A stretch of DNA of 64,000 nt from Camelus ferus (lineage: Eukaryota), in assembly GCF_009834535.1 (NCBI RefSeq), contig NC_045697.1, positions 32,614,001 through 32,678,000 on the forward strand, in the 5' to 3' direction. Position 1 is the stretch's first letter. Each line of letters begins with the position of its first letter. The position numbers and the translations under genes were made by a program. The notes beneath the pieces were generated by a model. The model worked only from the letters and a program-made list of their open reading frames with translations. It was not told the DNA's origin and did not search any database. Positions 1 to 14,030 of the stretch are shown here, piece after piece.

Positions 1-1087
1 TCAGCCTTCAAACTGAATAAAAATACTTCTTTTGGGGGAACAGGGGGGAGAAAAATGACTCTGAAGCAAAGGAAGCAAGAGGCAGTATTGTAAAGAAAAT
101 GGAGACAGAAAATGAGACTCTCTCTAAATAACTATCTCTTATTCATTCTTCATGACTGGCTGTGCTGGAAGAATGTGGTTAAAAGAGTAATGTTCTTCTA
201 TCTGAAGTAAAGAATACGTTTTCCTGCATGTCCTGAAAAAGTCAGTGTCATCACAGGAGTTTACTCATCATTATAATGAGTGTATTATAGCTTCATGAGC
301 TTATTATTTATTGCTGCCATAGTCTCTCGCTTATGGTAGGTTACTTGGTAAATTTAAGTTTTGTAATATTTACTGCAATGTACTGTACTTTAAGAATATC
401 TTTTTCAAAAATCCCTAGTTACCTTCTAGTACAGTGTATATGTACAAAGGAAATTCAGTAAGTACTGCTGTATCTGTCCCTGTGATACAGGAATTTCCTA
501 ACTATCCCCAGATATTTTCTCTTGCCTATCTTTTGTCTGAATGTATTTATTTATGCACAAACATTCATTTCAGTAAGGTAGTAATCCTTAATATCACCAA
601 AGACACGGCAGACTGCTCATTCTATGTGCACACATCGTATATGCATTTAACCCTGGAAGGATGTTTGTGTAAAAAGCTATCTGCGAGACTTCAAGCTGAA
701 TGTTTCTTTGAAACTAGAAACTGACGTAGGAAATGATGAAATATGGGCCAATAGACTCGGGAATTCTCTTTATTTTGTATTTGTTCAGAAAGTGTCTTGA
801 GATTTTTCTACTGCTGTTGCCACTTTCAACTTGGATAGCCACTGGGGAAGAGTTGAAAAGAGATCTTATCCAAGTCAGTGCCCATCTTTCTCATTATTTT
901 ACTCCATTGTTAGCTTTTTTTTTCCCCTTTAGGAGATTCTCTCAAATTATTCTTCTGTGTTGTAGTTAAAAGGCCAGTTTTCTACAGTAAGGAGTCACAC
1001 AGGAATTTCATAAATGCCCAGAAAAGTCTTAAAATTTTTATCTTTTGCTTTTTCTAATGAACTGACTACTCTAAAAATATGTGTATT

Positions 1088-1140
1088 ACCATTTATTGAG
1101 AACTTTCTATGTGATAAGCATTGTGCTAAATGCCTACATA
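1088..1140 (-). mobile_element. MIR/L2 3'-end fragment
   Basis: CATTTATTGAGAACTTTCTATGTGATAAGCATTGTGCTAAATGC resembles the reverse-complemented MIR/L2 shared tail (CATTTATTGAGCACTTACTATGTGCCAGGCACTGTGCTAAGTGC). Confidence 0.6.
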
Positions 1141-1961
1141 ATTTTTTTCTAACTTGTGATTGACAGAAATGCAACTAAGATTAGTTTAAACAAAACTGGA
1201 AACATACTGGCTCAAAAATCCAATCAAACTTGAAGATCTGGGCTTTCTTAGAGGCAAAGGTAGAGGTGAAATTCAGTGGGTAAAGTAAATAACTTTTAAA
1301 AACACTTGCCCTAGCAACTCAGAGCCAAGCTCAGTTAGAGCCAAAAGTCCTAACAGGACACTTGCGTTGTAACAAAAACAGCAAATGTGATTTAAATAGA
1401 GAATAAACTGAAATTAGCTTAATCTCGTTATTAATCCCTGCTATATCTGGAAAGGCAAGGAGGAGTGGTTCACTGATATAAAAATTATTATTGGATAATC
1501 ATGAACATTCATGGACACCAGAATATAATTCTGCAAGTTATTTACTTTACTCACTGAATCTCTCATCTTGAACATCTGATTTTCCCTTTCATTCACTTTC
1601 TCCTAGGGTATCCCACTCCACCTCCATTGTTATACACCTGTATGCATGGGGTCAGAAATTCCAGTTAATTGTTGCATGGGACATCTTTGACAGGACTGGA
1701 AGGGAAACAAAATATTTTTCCAGTATGGAAGTCAAGGAAGGGAACTGGAATGGAATTTTGCACTCTTCAGGCTCTGTGATCTGGAAGGGTTCATTGGCCC
1801 TGCAGAGTAAAAGCCTACAGTCATAGCACATTTTCTTCTAAATAATAATAACTGCTTCTTATAACATTACTTGGTGATTTTGTGTTAAATGAGTTATTCA
1901 TTTTCTTTTTTCCATTTAACTTAAGACCTGCCTCCACAAAAATGATGAAGAAAGCATGAAA

Positions 1962-2252
1962 TAGTAAATAATCTTATGGTTACTGGGGGAAAGGGAGTGG
2001 AAAGGGATAAATTTGGGAGTCAGAGATTTGCAAATATTAGCCACTCTATATAAAAATAGATTAAAAAACAAATTTATTCTGTATAACACAGGGAACTATA
2101 TTCAGTATCTTGTAATAACCTTTAATGAAAAAGAACATAAAACAAATATATGCATGTATATGCATGACTGGGACATTGTGCTGTACACCAGAAATTGACA
2201 CATTGTAACTGACTATACTTCAATTTTTAAAAGTTATCTTCATTTAAAAAAA
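1962..2252 (+). mobile_element. 5'-truncated L1, 3' UTR only, with 14-bp TSD
   Basis: L1 3' UTR motifs (CACAGGGAACTATATTCAGTATCTTGTAATAACC...ACATTGTAACTGACTATACTTCAAT), A-tail, and direct repeat AAGAAAGCATGAAA at 1948-1961 and 2253-2266. Confidence 0.9.
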
Positions 2253-3669
2253 AAGAAAGCATGAAAATAATTAAGTCAGCTGGAGTGAGAGTTAAATGAA
2301 GATAATTCTGTATTGCCTCACTTATTTTTTAACTTGTAAAAAGGTTTCAGGTAAAATACTTTAAAATAATTTTGTATTTAGCATACTTTTTGGCTGATAA
2401 GCTAATGACAGAAATTATTAACCTTAAAAAGTGCTTTTAGCAGAGGCTTTGCTTATGCTTAAGAATTTTAAATACTTGTATAATGGTCTATGTTCTGAAT
2501 GTGGATTTTTCTATCCCAAGTAGAAATAAGGATTATAAAATTAAAATAGAGACTTTATTTCCCTATTTGTCATCATACTTGATTTCCGCTATCCATGATG
2601 CTATTAAAATTAGCATTCTACCACTGCTTTCTTAGTCTGTATTCAGAATGATATGAAAATCAGATGGGCAGGATAGTAGTGAAATAAATTAGTTTTTTAC
2701 TTGATGGTTACTGACCAGCTGCTTCTAATTTGCTTACTTCCCTTTATATTGAAATAATATAAAATTATGGATAAAAGATAATATCTATTATATAGGAAAC
2801 TAAAGGTCAATGAATGAGATTGAGATGAAAACCCCTGGGGTGGTATATTGTTTGCTAACTGAGAAACTGTTGATTTCCCACTTAGGCTAAGACACTGAAA
2901 AAGCTTCATATAGTAAAGCCATATTGGAGAGAGGAAACAGGAAAGAAGTCCTCCTCTCATCTCTGTGCTTCTATATCCAGAGAGAAACCTGACAGTCCTT
3001 TCTTTAGTGTGCAGGGTATTCTTCCAACTTGGTAAACCCTTTTTTCCCCCATTTTCACTTTCTATGTCAGTTTGGAAGAGAACTTACAGTGAAACAGTCT
3101 GGCCTAGGTTATAAAGTAATGTGTGGCATTCCTCATAGAATCTCTTTCAAATGCTTTCTAGACTGTGTGTTAGGAGTCAGAAGAGGATGCTCGAAGACAG
3201 AATCCAGAGGGCCGAAGGTCCTTTCAGTGCTTCTCCCAAACACATGCACACACATGCGCTCAGCTTGCATCAGGGCAGCGAGGTTCCCTCAGATTTTGGG
3301 GACCTCACCTATGGAGATCATCCACGAGTCAGCTCCCCTTCCTAAGAGACATTAATTTTAGAGTCTGAGGATCCTAACCCAACTTCTTCTCTTTGCTTAT
3401 ATAGCCCTGAAGTGGTAGCTGCTGCTTCAAATTGCTATCTCTATATTACTTCATTGTTCCTATTAATCCTTTTCAGTCCATCAGTAACTATATAACAATT
3501 TGTTATATTAAATTTTGTTTAAATAGTGTGTATGGTTTCTATATCCTTGTCAAAATGACACAAAAACATTTAAAAAGGGTACCTGGAAACTGTGGAAATA
3601 TAAGAAAGATTTCCCTGAAGTGATTTTTCAGTCAGATGTAAAGAAGTACCTCCAACCCAAATCAATCGT

Positions 3670-3985
3670 CTGATCTTTAGATTCATTAACACTGCCTATT
3701 GAAATCATTTTAAAGTTCTATAGGTATCCCAAACTGATAAGATCAAAATAAATTCTTCCTTGTGCTTTTGCCCATTAAACTCACTCTTTCATCACTCTCT
3801 CTGCCAATAAATGGCATCATTGTTCATGCAGTTATTTCAATAAAATATCTGGAGGTTATTACTGACTCCTTCTTTGAGCTATAAAATACTAAGTATGTGA
3901 TTTCTATCCTTAAATAGTTCTAAAATCTGTTCACTTATTTCTATCACCAATTACTACTTCCATCACATTCTTTGCCTGGACTGCT
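3670..3985 (+). mobile_element. L2 LINE fragment
   Basis: Degenerate L2 motifs: ACTGCCTATTGAAATC, AATGGCATCATTGTTCATGCAGTT, ACTGACTCCTTCTTT, TGCCTGGACTGCT. Confidence 0.65.
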
Positions 3986-6183
3986 AAGGGAAATTTTCAT
4001 TATGAAGAAATCACTTGGGGATAGATAATGGTCCTCTTTAAAGCTAACACAGGAAATCTTACCTTCACTATTGGGATGGATAGCTGTTTCTCTGATTAAG
4101 CACCAGATAAAGTAGTCCGGGGTTTTGTTTTAACAATAAGAAAGCAATATTATGAGATGCTCAGGTTACAATAGGTAATAGGTACTTGAGAACTGCAACT
4201 TGACTTATTAAATGAAGTCATATCTCCTGTATCTCACTTATTCTCAGGCATGTGCTCAATTCCCTCCCTCCCTCCTTCTCTCTTTTTCTCTCTCTCTCCC
4301 TCCCACTGAGTAATTTTTCATAAGGCACACGTAATTGAATTTCCTAAGTGAAAGAGGATTATGATATAACTATACTGTAATGCAAATTAGACCATCTTTA
4401 AAGTCACACATGAAAACATTTTAGCAAAGAGATTTATATAGAATTATCATTACTCTCTTGCAGTATGCATTTCCCTCTGTTAAAATTATTTCTGCTGTCT
4501 AGGTTTTAATTAAATCATCACTGTATTTACTGCCAAAATAAATACTTTGACTAATAAGAGGCACAGAAGTATTAACAAAATTTAGAGCTAAACAACAAGA
4601 TGCTCTTCACAGTATTCTAATTTAAAAATAAATATTCATAGTTGTTTATATTTCACTGGGCCTAAAAACGTATGTCTACTTTATATTAACTATATTAAAA
4701 GGGATGTGTTTTCCAAATTTCCAAACAAAGTCAAGATAGTAGATGTAGGATTAAGAGAGGTGGTTTAAAATAATTAGACCAATTATTAAAGAACCCAGTG
4801 TTGTTTCCTCTTCTCAGAGGACCTATTTCCAATTTAACAAAACATTCTTTTCAGACTCCGTCAGAAAATTCTCCTCCAAACATCTGTGAGAAAACATATG
4901 GTCCAAAACTGTCAGGATTCTTTTGAAACCATGGCCACTTTCGACTGAAAACTAAATAGGCCTACAATATACCAGTCTCTGCCATGTGTAACATCTTCCA
5001 AAAGCATGAATCAAAGCAAATAACTTAACGACGTTCTCCAGTATGCACATGTGCATCTGCACTGTGACACTCATTAGACTGGTGGGAGCTAAATATCGTT
5101 TGATAGGTAAGTGGCTTTCCTTTTAAGTTGAATTTTGAAGGTATAAAACACAACAAAATTTTCTAAAAGCTCCATGGTACTAAAATTATTTTCAACTTCT
5201 GTTCTTCCCTCTTCTACTCTGTTGACTTTAAAATAGAAAATGTCTTTGTAATCAGTCTTTACCCATTTGTTCACAGTTTAGGCCAACCTAAGCTTCTAGA
5301 TGAGTAAGTTTTATAGTTATCTATAGTGACAGAAATCAATATTTATGAAATTATTTTTACATATAGGAGAGTTAAGAAGTTAGTGTGGAGAATAAAAAAA
5401 AAAAAAGACTGAGTTGCTCTGAAATGCCCTCTTTCAGTAAAATAACACGGGCTAAGCAGTTTAAAGACAGGGGTTCTGGTATAAATTCTGCCATCAAATG
5501 TTCACATAAGGGAAGCTGCCTAATTCTTTGCCTGTGTTTCTTCAAGTAAAGAATGTGGATAAATATTCTCTCTTGGAAGAATTTTTAGGACTGTTATAGA
5601 AGTGAGTGCTTATAAAATTGTAATTATTGTTTTTAACATACTAGATTATGAAATGTTAAAAATAATTGCTGAAGGTAATTCTTATTAAGTTGTAGGAATT
5701 GTAGGCTGTCGCTAAGGGATGACTTGGGCAAAAGTGTCTTCCCCAGCCAACAGGAGTTGTTAATTCAGGTGAAGGAAAGAAGGAAGGAGATATTTTGGAT
5801 GTCCTTTAAGCACAGAATGGCAAATGCAACATTTTATTGGGAAGAATAAATTGATATTTGTCATGGGTATCTCATGCTTTGTAAGTTGATAAATACATTA
5901 TTTTATTTTTTCACGTCAGAGAAATCCAGGGATGTTTGCAGCATATTGTTAAAATTAACAAGCAACACCTCTAAGCTCATTTGTTTGTTAGCAGCTGCCA
6001 TTTTCTTCCACTACCAGCAAATGGGATCCCCTGCTTCCTTTCTTAGGCTCTCCTCTCTTCAGTTTTTAGGACCAATCTTAACCTTAAACAAGGATTTTTA
6101 AAACATTTGTATAGGGTTGTGTTTAAGAGCATGAGTTTGGGAGCTACAATGTCTGTTTATTATATTGCCATTTTACTAACATC

Positions 6184-6460
6184 TGTATTAGTTAATTTTG
6201 CTGCACTAACGAATAGTCCCTAAATCTCAGTGACTTACATTAACAAACTTTAATTTCTTAGCTGAAGGTGGACTGTGACTCAGCTAGAAGCTAGACCTCT
6301 ACTGCAGGACCCTAGGAGAAGGAGTGGCCCCTGTGTAGACCATGCTCTTTTCATGGCTGCATCTTAAAGCTTGTGCTGCATCTTAAGCTTCCACTGGACG
6401 TGTTGTACATCTGTCTGCTCACAATCCACATGGGCAAGTCAAAACTCAGTGAGGCAAATG
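6184..6460 (-). mobile_element. Old MaLR LTR fragment (MLT1 family)
   Basis: Begins TGTATTAGTTAATTTTGCTGC...CCCTAAATCTCAGTGACTTAC, the reverse-complemented end of MLT1-type LTRs. Confidence 0.6.
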
Positions 6461-6614
6461 ATAGGAAACCAATTCTTTATCTGATCTTGATAACTTAATA
6501 CAGTTATATTTTTAATACCTGAGATGTGAAATTCATAGGCTAATCTAGATTTTAGATAAATATATCTTCCATTGAGGCCTTATTTAGAAACAAAGGATAT
6601 GCATGTGCAGGTAG

Positions 6615-7049
6615 TGTAGTGGGTTGAATTATGCACCCCGCCCCAAAGATATGTCCACATCCTAACTTCCAGAACCTATGAATAGGACCCTATTGGCAAA
6701 AGGGTCCCTGTAGATGTAATTAAATTAAGGATCTTGAGGTAAGATCATTCTGGATTACCTGGTGGGCCCTAAATCCAATGACAGATGTCCTTATAAGAGA
6801 TAGAAGAGGAAAATAACACAGAGGAGGAGGGCATGTGCAGCCAGAAGCCACGGAACCCCTGGAGCCACTAGAAGCTGGAAGAGTCAAAGGAAGACTCCTC
6901 GCTAGATCCCTCCCAGGAAGTTCAGCCCTGCTGACACCAGCATGCTGATTTCACCTGTCTGGCCTCAAGAACTGTGGGAGAATAAATTTCTGTTGTAAGA
7001 AACCCAGTTTGTGACAATTTACTACAGGAGCCACAGGAAACTAAATATA
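6615..7049 (+). mobile_element. MaLR solo LTR (MLT1C-like)
   Basis: TGTAGTGGGTTGAAT...CCCCAAAGATATGTCCAC, GGGCCCTAAATCCAATGAC, AGAAGCTGGAAGAG, AATAAATTTCTGTTGT, ending GGAAACTAAATATA. Confidence 0.88.
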
Positions 7050-8719
7050 GGCACCAGACAGTGATTTTTAAGGAGGGGACTAATTTCTAAATCTTTTAAA
7101 TGTAGGATATAATAACAAATGTCAGCAGGTTTAAAAAATATAAATGTAATTAAGTAGACCTGCTGCTTTTTATACCTTGAATAGTATTGTAAGTCTCAGT
7201 TTTTCCTATGGATTAAATTATAACTCAGTCTATTCCATATTATAACACCAGAAATAATATCAATAATCTACAATATGGAGGTTAGTCCTGTCTTTGACAC
7301 CGGTGATGGAATATGTTTTGCTAATTTAGAAATTAGGTTTGCCATTGAGAATTAAACTATTTGATTCAACATCTATTTTTCTACTTTTTCTATTATTCAG
7401 CTAAGAAAGATAATACTTTCTCAATATGTAATAGGTTTCTTGGTCTAACTGGGAAAATTTAGTGGTAAAAAAGGTCAGAGCAATTTTCTTTATTGGCCAC
7501 ATGATACCAATAAAATGAAATCATCTAGCATATGGCTTTTGGAGAAGAAACACACAAGTAAACAAAAATTCTAAATGTCAGAGTAACTTCATTTTAGAGC
7601 TTTCTAAAATGTATAGAGAAAGAGAATCAAAATAAAGTTCATGTGGTAAATCTAAGTAAGAAATACGTATTTTTAATTATAGACAACTCAAGAGCCAATA
7701 GTTTTAAGATTTCTCTTAGATTTTAAAATTATAAATATAAATGAAATGAATTTATAAAATATATTCTAAAATCTCTTCACTATAGTCACAAGAAATTTCC
7801 AAGTATTTATTAATGGTACATTGGGTAATCATACCATTATAGGGGTGGATAAGAATATGAGCTGTAATGAGATATTTGTCATGGATAGTTGTGTTTCTCC
7901 CAGAATATCAAGCTATTTTTCCAATTTTAAACATATTTGAATCAAGTTAATCTTTATTTTTACCAATTCAGTCTATATTATATGCTTTTTGTGCATATGG
8001 TTTCTCTTTCCAATTTTGTATATATGTATTTATAAAACACATGTAAGGAGATATGACACAAATAGGAAAAGCTCAAGAAGACAGTTTTATCTGTAATTGC
8101 TCTTACTAGAAGGCAACTCTGAAAATATCGTAAAGTAAATAACCCTGGATGCGAATGAGTACATGGACTTCTTTGGAAGAGTTTTTGTTTGTTCGTTGGT
8201 TTTGTTTTTTAACCTAAGAGTACCAGGATTTTTTAAAAAGGCTATGTTTCCATTCCAAAATAACAGAAACATTGGCCCATAATAAAGATATACAGTAGTA
8301 CTACTCCAGAAAAGTAACTTTAGTTGAAAGAATCAGTGTGGATGCCCTAGAAGAACTATCTATTGGATGAGGGCTTTCCGATTATTTTAAGCATTTTTCT
8401 TTCTTCTGCATGGACCATTTATATATGTTCTATATTAACTTTTACAATCTGCAAATAACTAACGGTTTTACTTATTCTGTTTCATGCAGCTGATAACTTC
8501 TGAAGGATTAGCTATAAATTAATCAAGATTGTAACCCTAATATAGAAACATTGTAGGAGGATACTCTTCTTAAAAATGAACAGAATGGAAAGTATTCTGC
8601 AGAGAAGTATTTCTGTTGGCTTATTAGATTAAGATTGACAGGATGGTTAATTTTAATTTGTCCTATGAAATAAATAGGTTCCTTTCTCTGATTTGCTTGC
8701 ATTTGTTTTTCATTTCCAG

Positions 8720-8856
8720 TATTTATAGAATCCTTGGAGATTTAACAAGGAACCAAAAGTTTGTCACTGCCCATCACAGAGAAAAGGCTGTTAATAGGAA
8801 AGCACTTGATCAAAAAGAGAGATGTGAGGCTGTACACAGTAATGGAGTCATTTCTG
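8720..8856 (+). other. Candidate spliced exon (host transcript unknown)
   Basis: Strong acceptor TTGCTTGCATTTGTTTTTCATTTCCAG|, donor CTG|GTAAAG; one frame is open (IYRILGDLTRNQKFVTAHHREKAVNRKALDQKERCEAVHSNGVIS); no homologue recognised. Confidence 0.25.
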
Positions 8857-9069
8857 GTAAAGTTATTATCAAGATTAACATAAGCAGCATACTAAGGGAG
8901 AAGCAGATAAGCATCAGAAGAGAGTCAGGGATAGAAATTCAGAAAGAGCTAATCTGGATTAATTTACCAGCTTTAACAAGACAAATAAATAATTCAATCT
9001 TAGTTCTTTAGCATAGGCCACTTTTTCCTATTTTCTAATAGAATATTATTTGGAATTTTGAAAATACTG

Positions 9070-10185
9070 TATTTGTTAAAGCAGTTTTAGATTTAGAACA
9101 AAATTAAGAGGAAAGGACAAAGACTTCCTATATACATCCTGCTCCCAAACATGCACAGTCTCCAACATTATCAACATCACTTACCAGAGTGGCACATTTT
9201 TTATCAAGGATGAACCTACACTGGCACATCATTATCACTCCAAATCCACAGTTTATATTATGATTCACTTTTGTTTTTGTACATTCTATAGGGCAGACAA
9301 ATGTATGACGATATATATGTATGTCATTATAATATCATACAGAGTATTTTCACTGCCCTAAAAATCCTTGGTGCTCTGCCTATTCATCTCTCCTCCCTCC
9401 CAGTTCCTGACAACCATTGACCTTGTCTCCATAGTTCTGACTTTCAAATGTTATTTAGTTGTAATCATGTAGTGTGTAATCTTTAAGGATTGGCTTCTTT
9501 CATTAGTAATGTGTATTTAAAGTTCTCCTATTTTTTTCATGGTTTGATAGGTCATTTTTTTAGCACTGAATAACATTTTATTGTCTGGATTACCACCGTT
9601 TTATCTTTAAACTGAATGTACATTTGATCCCTTCCAAGTTTTGGCAATTATGGATAAAGATGTGTATGGATACATATCTGGGTGCAGGCTTATGTGTAGA
9701 CATAAATTTCCAAATTCTGTGGGTATTTACCAAGGAGCACAATTGTCAGGCTGTATGGTCGGAGTATGTTTGTAAGAAATCATCAAACTGCCTTCCAAAG
9801 TGATGGGACCATTTTGGATCCTACCAGTAAGGTACAAAGAATTCCAGTTGCTCTACATCCTTTGCCAGAATTTGGTGTTCGCAGTGTTCTGAATTTTGGT
9901 CGTTCTAATAGTTGTGTAGTGGTATTTTATTATTGTTTTAATTTGCATTTCATTTCACTGATGATTCATCATGTGGATCATCTTTTCATAAGCTTATTTA
10001 CCACCTGTATATCTATCACCTTTGGTGAGGTCTGTTAAGGTTTTGGCCCATTTTTTAATTAGGGTGTTTATTTTCTTACTGTTTTAGATAACAGTCTTCA
10101 ATGATGTGCTTAACAAGTATTTCCTCCCAGTCTGTGCCTTGTTTTGTCATTCTCTTGACATTGTCTTTCACAGAGCAAATTTGTT
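9070..10185 (-). mobile_element. Old L1 3' end (L1MC1-like 3' UTR plus end of ORF2)
   Basis: AGCAGTTTTAGATTTAGAACAAAATT...ATCAACATCACTTACCAGAGTGG...GATGAACCTACACTGGCACATCATTATCAC is an L1MC1-type 3' UTR, followed by antisense ORF2 C-terminal sequence. Confidence 0.8.
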
Positions 10186-11360
10186 TTCTTTATTTTTGAT
10201 TTTTCCTTTTTAAAATTAATATGGCAAGATATTGTTTCTTGGGCATTTAGCCTGCTTGGTGGTTTCTGAGCTTCCTGAGTCTGTGGTTTGGTGTCTGACA
10301 TTAATTTGGGGAAATTCTATGTCATTGTTATTTAAAGTATATCTTCTATTTCTTTTTTCTCTTGTTCTCTAGTATTCCTGTTATGTGCATGCTACATGTG
10401 TTGTAGTTGTCCCATTTTCTTTGCATATTTTGTTCATTTTATTTTTTTTTTAAGTCTTCATTCTGTTTGTTTTTTGGTTTTTGAGGATTATATTCATATG
10501 TCCTCTAGCTTGGAGATTCTTTCCTCAGCTATATCCAAGCTATTATATAAGTCCTCAAAGACATTTTCATTTATGTTATAGCGGTTTTCATCTCTACCAT
10601 TTCTTTTTGGTTCTTTTTTAGGATTTCTATATTTCTGCTTCCAGTGACCAGCTGTTCTTTCATGCTGTCCATTTTAGCTATTAGAGCCCCTTAGCCTGTT
10701 AATCACAGCTGTGTGAAATGCCTGGTCTGATAATTCCAACATCCCTGCCATGTCTGGTTCTGATACTTACCCTGTCTCTTCAAATGATATTTTCTGACTT
10801 TGCTATGCCTTGTAATTTTTTTCTTGATAGCTGGAAATAATATATTGGATAAAAGGAATTCCTATAAAAGTCCTTTTAGTAATGTGGTGTTGAGAAGTGA
10901 GGGAAGGGAAGCATTCTATAGTCCTATGATTTGGTCTCCTTCTTTTAGTAAGTCTAGGCCTATGGACTATAAGCTTCCCAAGTATTTCTTAGTTGTTTTT
11001 TTTTTTTTCCCCTTCCCTTAGGTGGGACAGGATGGTTAGAGTGGGCTAGAATTTGGTATTTCCCTTTTCCCATTTGAAAGGCTAGAATTGGCTGGAATTA
11101 GGTATTTCCCTCCCTCAAATCAATCAGGTCTCATCACACCCTAGCTGATGAAGGTCTGGTTAACTAGTTTCTTTGGAGGGCAGGCTTTGTTAAGCCCTGA
11201 ACACAGGGCTCAGATGTATTTCTAAATGGCTCCTTTCTCTTTACCCTGCCAGAAGCCCAAGGGGACTTTTCTCTGGTTCAGCTTCTGAAATTAAATCTCA
11301 CAATACTGTGGGTGTTCCCTATGACTGGGCCCTCTGGGGTTTTTAACTCTTAGAGTTTTC
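10186..11360 (-). mobile_element. Old L1 5' region (5' UTR and N-terminal half of ORF1)
   Basis: ORF 10110..10301(-) contains KPQTQEAQKPPSRLNAQET, matching the L1 ORF1p motif KPQIQEAQRTPSRIN; the adjacent sequence resembles an L1MC/MD 5' end. Confidence 0.7.
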
Positions 11361-11530
11361 TGCACTTATAGCCCTTTCTAGTCAATCTATTTTGAGAATT
11401 TTGGAACGAAAATCTGAGCAGTGGGGATTCAAAACCATACCTCTACTCTGTGTACATGTAAACATGTATTAGTCCAACTATTCCTCTGTATCAGGCATAT
11501 ACGCCTATAACCCAAATCTGCCTCACTGGC

Positions 11531-12117
11531 TTTTTTTTTTCATTTTGATAAAATACATATAACATTTGCCATCTTAACAATATTTAGGTATCCAGCTCCA
11601 TGGCAACAGGTACATTCACATTGTTGTGTCGTTACTGTTATGACCAACCATCCACAAAACTTTTTTCATCTTGCAACACTGAAATTCTGTGCCTATTAAA
11701 TAACTCCCATTCTCCCCTTCTCCAACCCTTAGCAATCACCATTGTATTTTCTGTCTCTATGAATTTAACTACTTCATATAAGTTGAATCACATAGCATTT
11801 ATCTTTTGTGACTGACTTGTTTGACTGCACAATGTCCTTAAGTTTCATCTATGTTGGAGTACATGTCAGAATTTTCTTCCTTTGTAAGGTTGAATAATAT
11901 TTTTTGTATGTATATACACATTTTATTTACCCATTCATCCATTAACTGCTTCCATGTTTTGGCTACTATGAATAATGCTGCTATGAACACAGGTGTACAA
12001 GTACCTGCTCAAGCCCCTGCTTTTCATTCTTTGGGGTATATATCCCAAAGAAGAACTGTTGGATCATATGTTAATTCCATTCTTAATTTTGAGAGAAACT
12101 GCTATGCTGTTTTCTAT
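11531..12117 (-). mobile_element. L1 3' end (L1MB-like)
   Basis: T-tract, then GATAAAATACATATAACATTTGCCATCTTAAC, ACATTCACATTGTTGTG, GAATAATGCTGCTATGAACA, ATATCCCAAAGAAG. Confidence 0.8.
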
Positions 12118-12164
12118 ATATATGTGAAAGTATCTCTTATTGGTGAATCACTCTACTTCAAACT

Positions 12165-14030
12165 CTAAAGTAACCACTAAAATAACAAAACAAAGAGTTA
12201 TAGCTGATAAACAAGCAAAAGAGATCTAAAATATAAAAAAATACAAAAATGATAGAAAAAGAAAAAAGAAGAAACAAAGAAGAGATGGGAAAAATAGAAA
12301 ACAAATACAAAACAATGATAATTAACTGAACCAATAATTGCATTACATATGGGTAGTCTATACGCAACAAGGAAAAGGTAGAGATATTCAGGCTGCATAA
12401 AAGAAGTATGACCTAACTATGAAGTGTCTATAAAAACTAACTTCAAATATAAAGAATAAAACAGTTTAAAGTAAAAGGATGGATAACTATATATAATGCT
12501 AATGCTATTCAAAAGAATATATTAGCACTGAACAAAGTAGACTTCGAAGCAAAGGACAATACCAGGGACAAAGAAAGCCATTTAATAATGAAAAAAGGTC
12601 AACCTTAAATAGGACAAAATAACCCTAAATGTCTAGGAAACTAAAGGTAAGATACTTGAAGTAAAAACTGACAGAACTTCATAAAGAAATATACTAATTC
12701 ACAATTACAGTCAGTGATTTCAATTCCTGTTCGCTAATAAATAATAGAGTGATAGGCAGAAAATCAGTAATAATATAAAGATATAAAAATACCATTGACT
12801 ACAGTATCAAAATATGAAATGCTTGGGAATAAAATTGACAAAAGAATGTGCAAGGCATACATACTGAAAGCAAAAAATCATGTAAGAGAGAAATTTAAAA
12901 AGATGTTTAACAAATTGGGAAATATACCATATTCATGGGTTGAAAGACTCAAATTTCTAAAATGTTAATTCTCTCCATTTGATCTATAGGTTCAACAAAG
13001 CCCAACTAAAATTCCAGCAACTGTCTGTTACAGAAATTTACAAGATGATTGTAAAATTCATATGGGAAAGAATGCAGAATACTGAACAGTTTGTAAAAGA
13101 AGATCAAACTTGGACTCGATTATCCAGAATATACGGACTTCTCATACATCAAGTAAACACACGACCTCCATTAAAAATTTTTGAAGTGACAGTTAACCCA
13201 AGAAAACATAAGCATGATAAATAAGCATATTAAAAATGTTCAATATCATAAGTAATTAGGGAAATGCAATTAAAACTGGAGTGAGATACCACTACACACC
13301 TATTAGAATGACTAGCCATTCTAAGTGCTAGTCAAGATGTGTAGAAACTAAAACTTTCATACGTTTCTGGTGTCAATGTAAAATAGTACAATTAAAATTG
13401 TGAAACAGCAGGATAGTTCCTTAAAAAGTTAAATATACTCCTAATATATGATCTTGCCATTCTACTTCTAGTTATTTACCTGAAGTATATGAAAGCATCT
13501 GGGTATACAAAGACACGTAAATGATTGTCCATGACAACTTTCTTTGCAATATCTAAAAATTAGAAACAACCCTAAGGATCAACGGGTAACTGAATTCATA
13601 AATTCAGGAATATTGATATAATGTAGTACTACTCAGCAATAAGAAATGGACTACTGATATTCAAGAACATTGGTGAAACTCAAGATGGTTATGCCGAGTA
13701 TAAGAAGCCAGATTTTAAACAGAGTACATACTATAAGACTGTTTATGTAAAAATCTAGGGAAGTCAAACTAATCTATAGTGATAGAAGGTACATCAGCGT
13801 ATGTTGGAGAACCCAGGCTGTGGAAAGCACATGTGAAAGGGGAAAGTAACTGATTATAAAGGTACCTGAGGAAACTCCTGGGGTGATGGATATGTTCTCT
13901 ACATGGATTGCAGTCATGATTTCACTGGTGTGCACATACATCACTTTTATCAAATTGATAAAGCACTTTTAATATGTACTGCTCATTGTATGTTAATTAT
14001 ATTCCAAAAATGGGAAAAAAGAAAAAAAAA
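12165..14030 (+). mobile_element. Old L1 (L1ME/MC-like) with several internal deletions
   Basis: Endonuclease-region motifs at 12.3-12.8 kb, ORF 12979..13224 (IYRFN...IVKFIW), GAAATGCAATTAAAAC, and a 3' UTR with GGGGTGATGGATATGTTC and A-rich tail. Confidence 0.75.

Noticed and set aside
3029..3355. 108-aa ORF in a slightly GC-richer patch
   Set aside because: Non-ATG start, no recognisable domain and no convincing splice pair.
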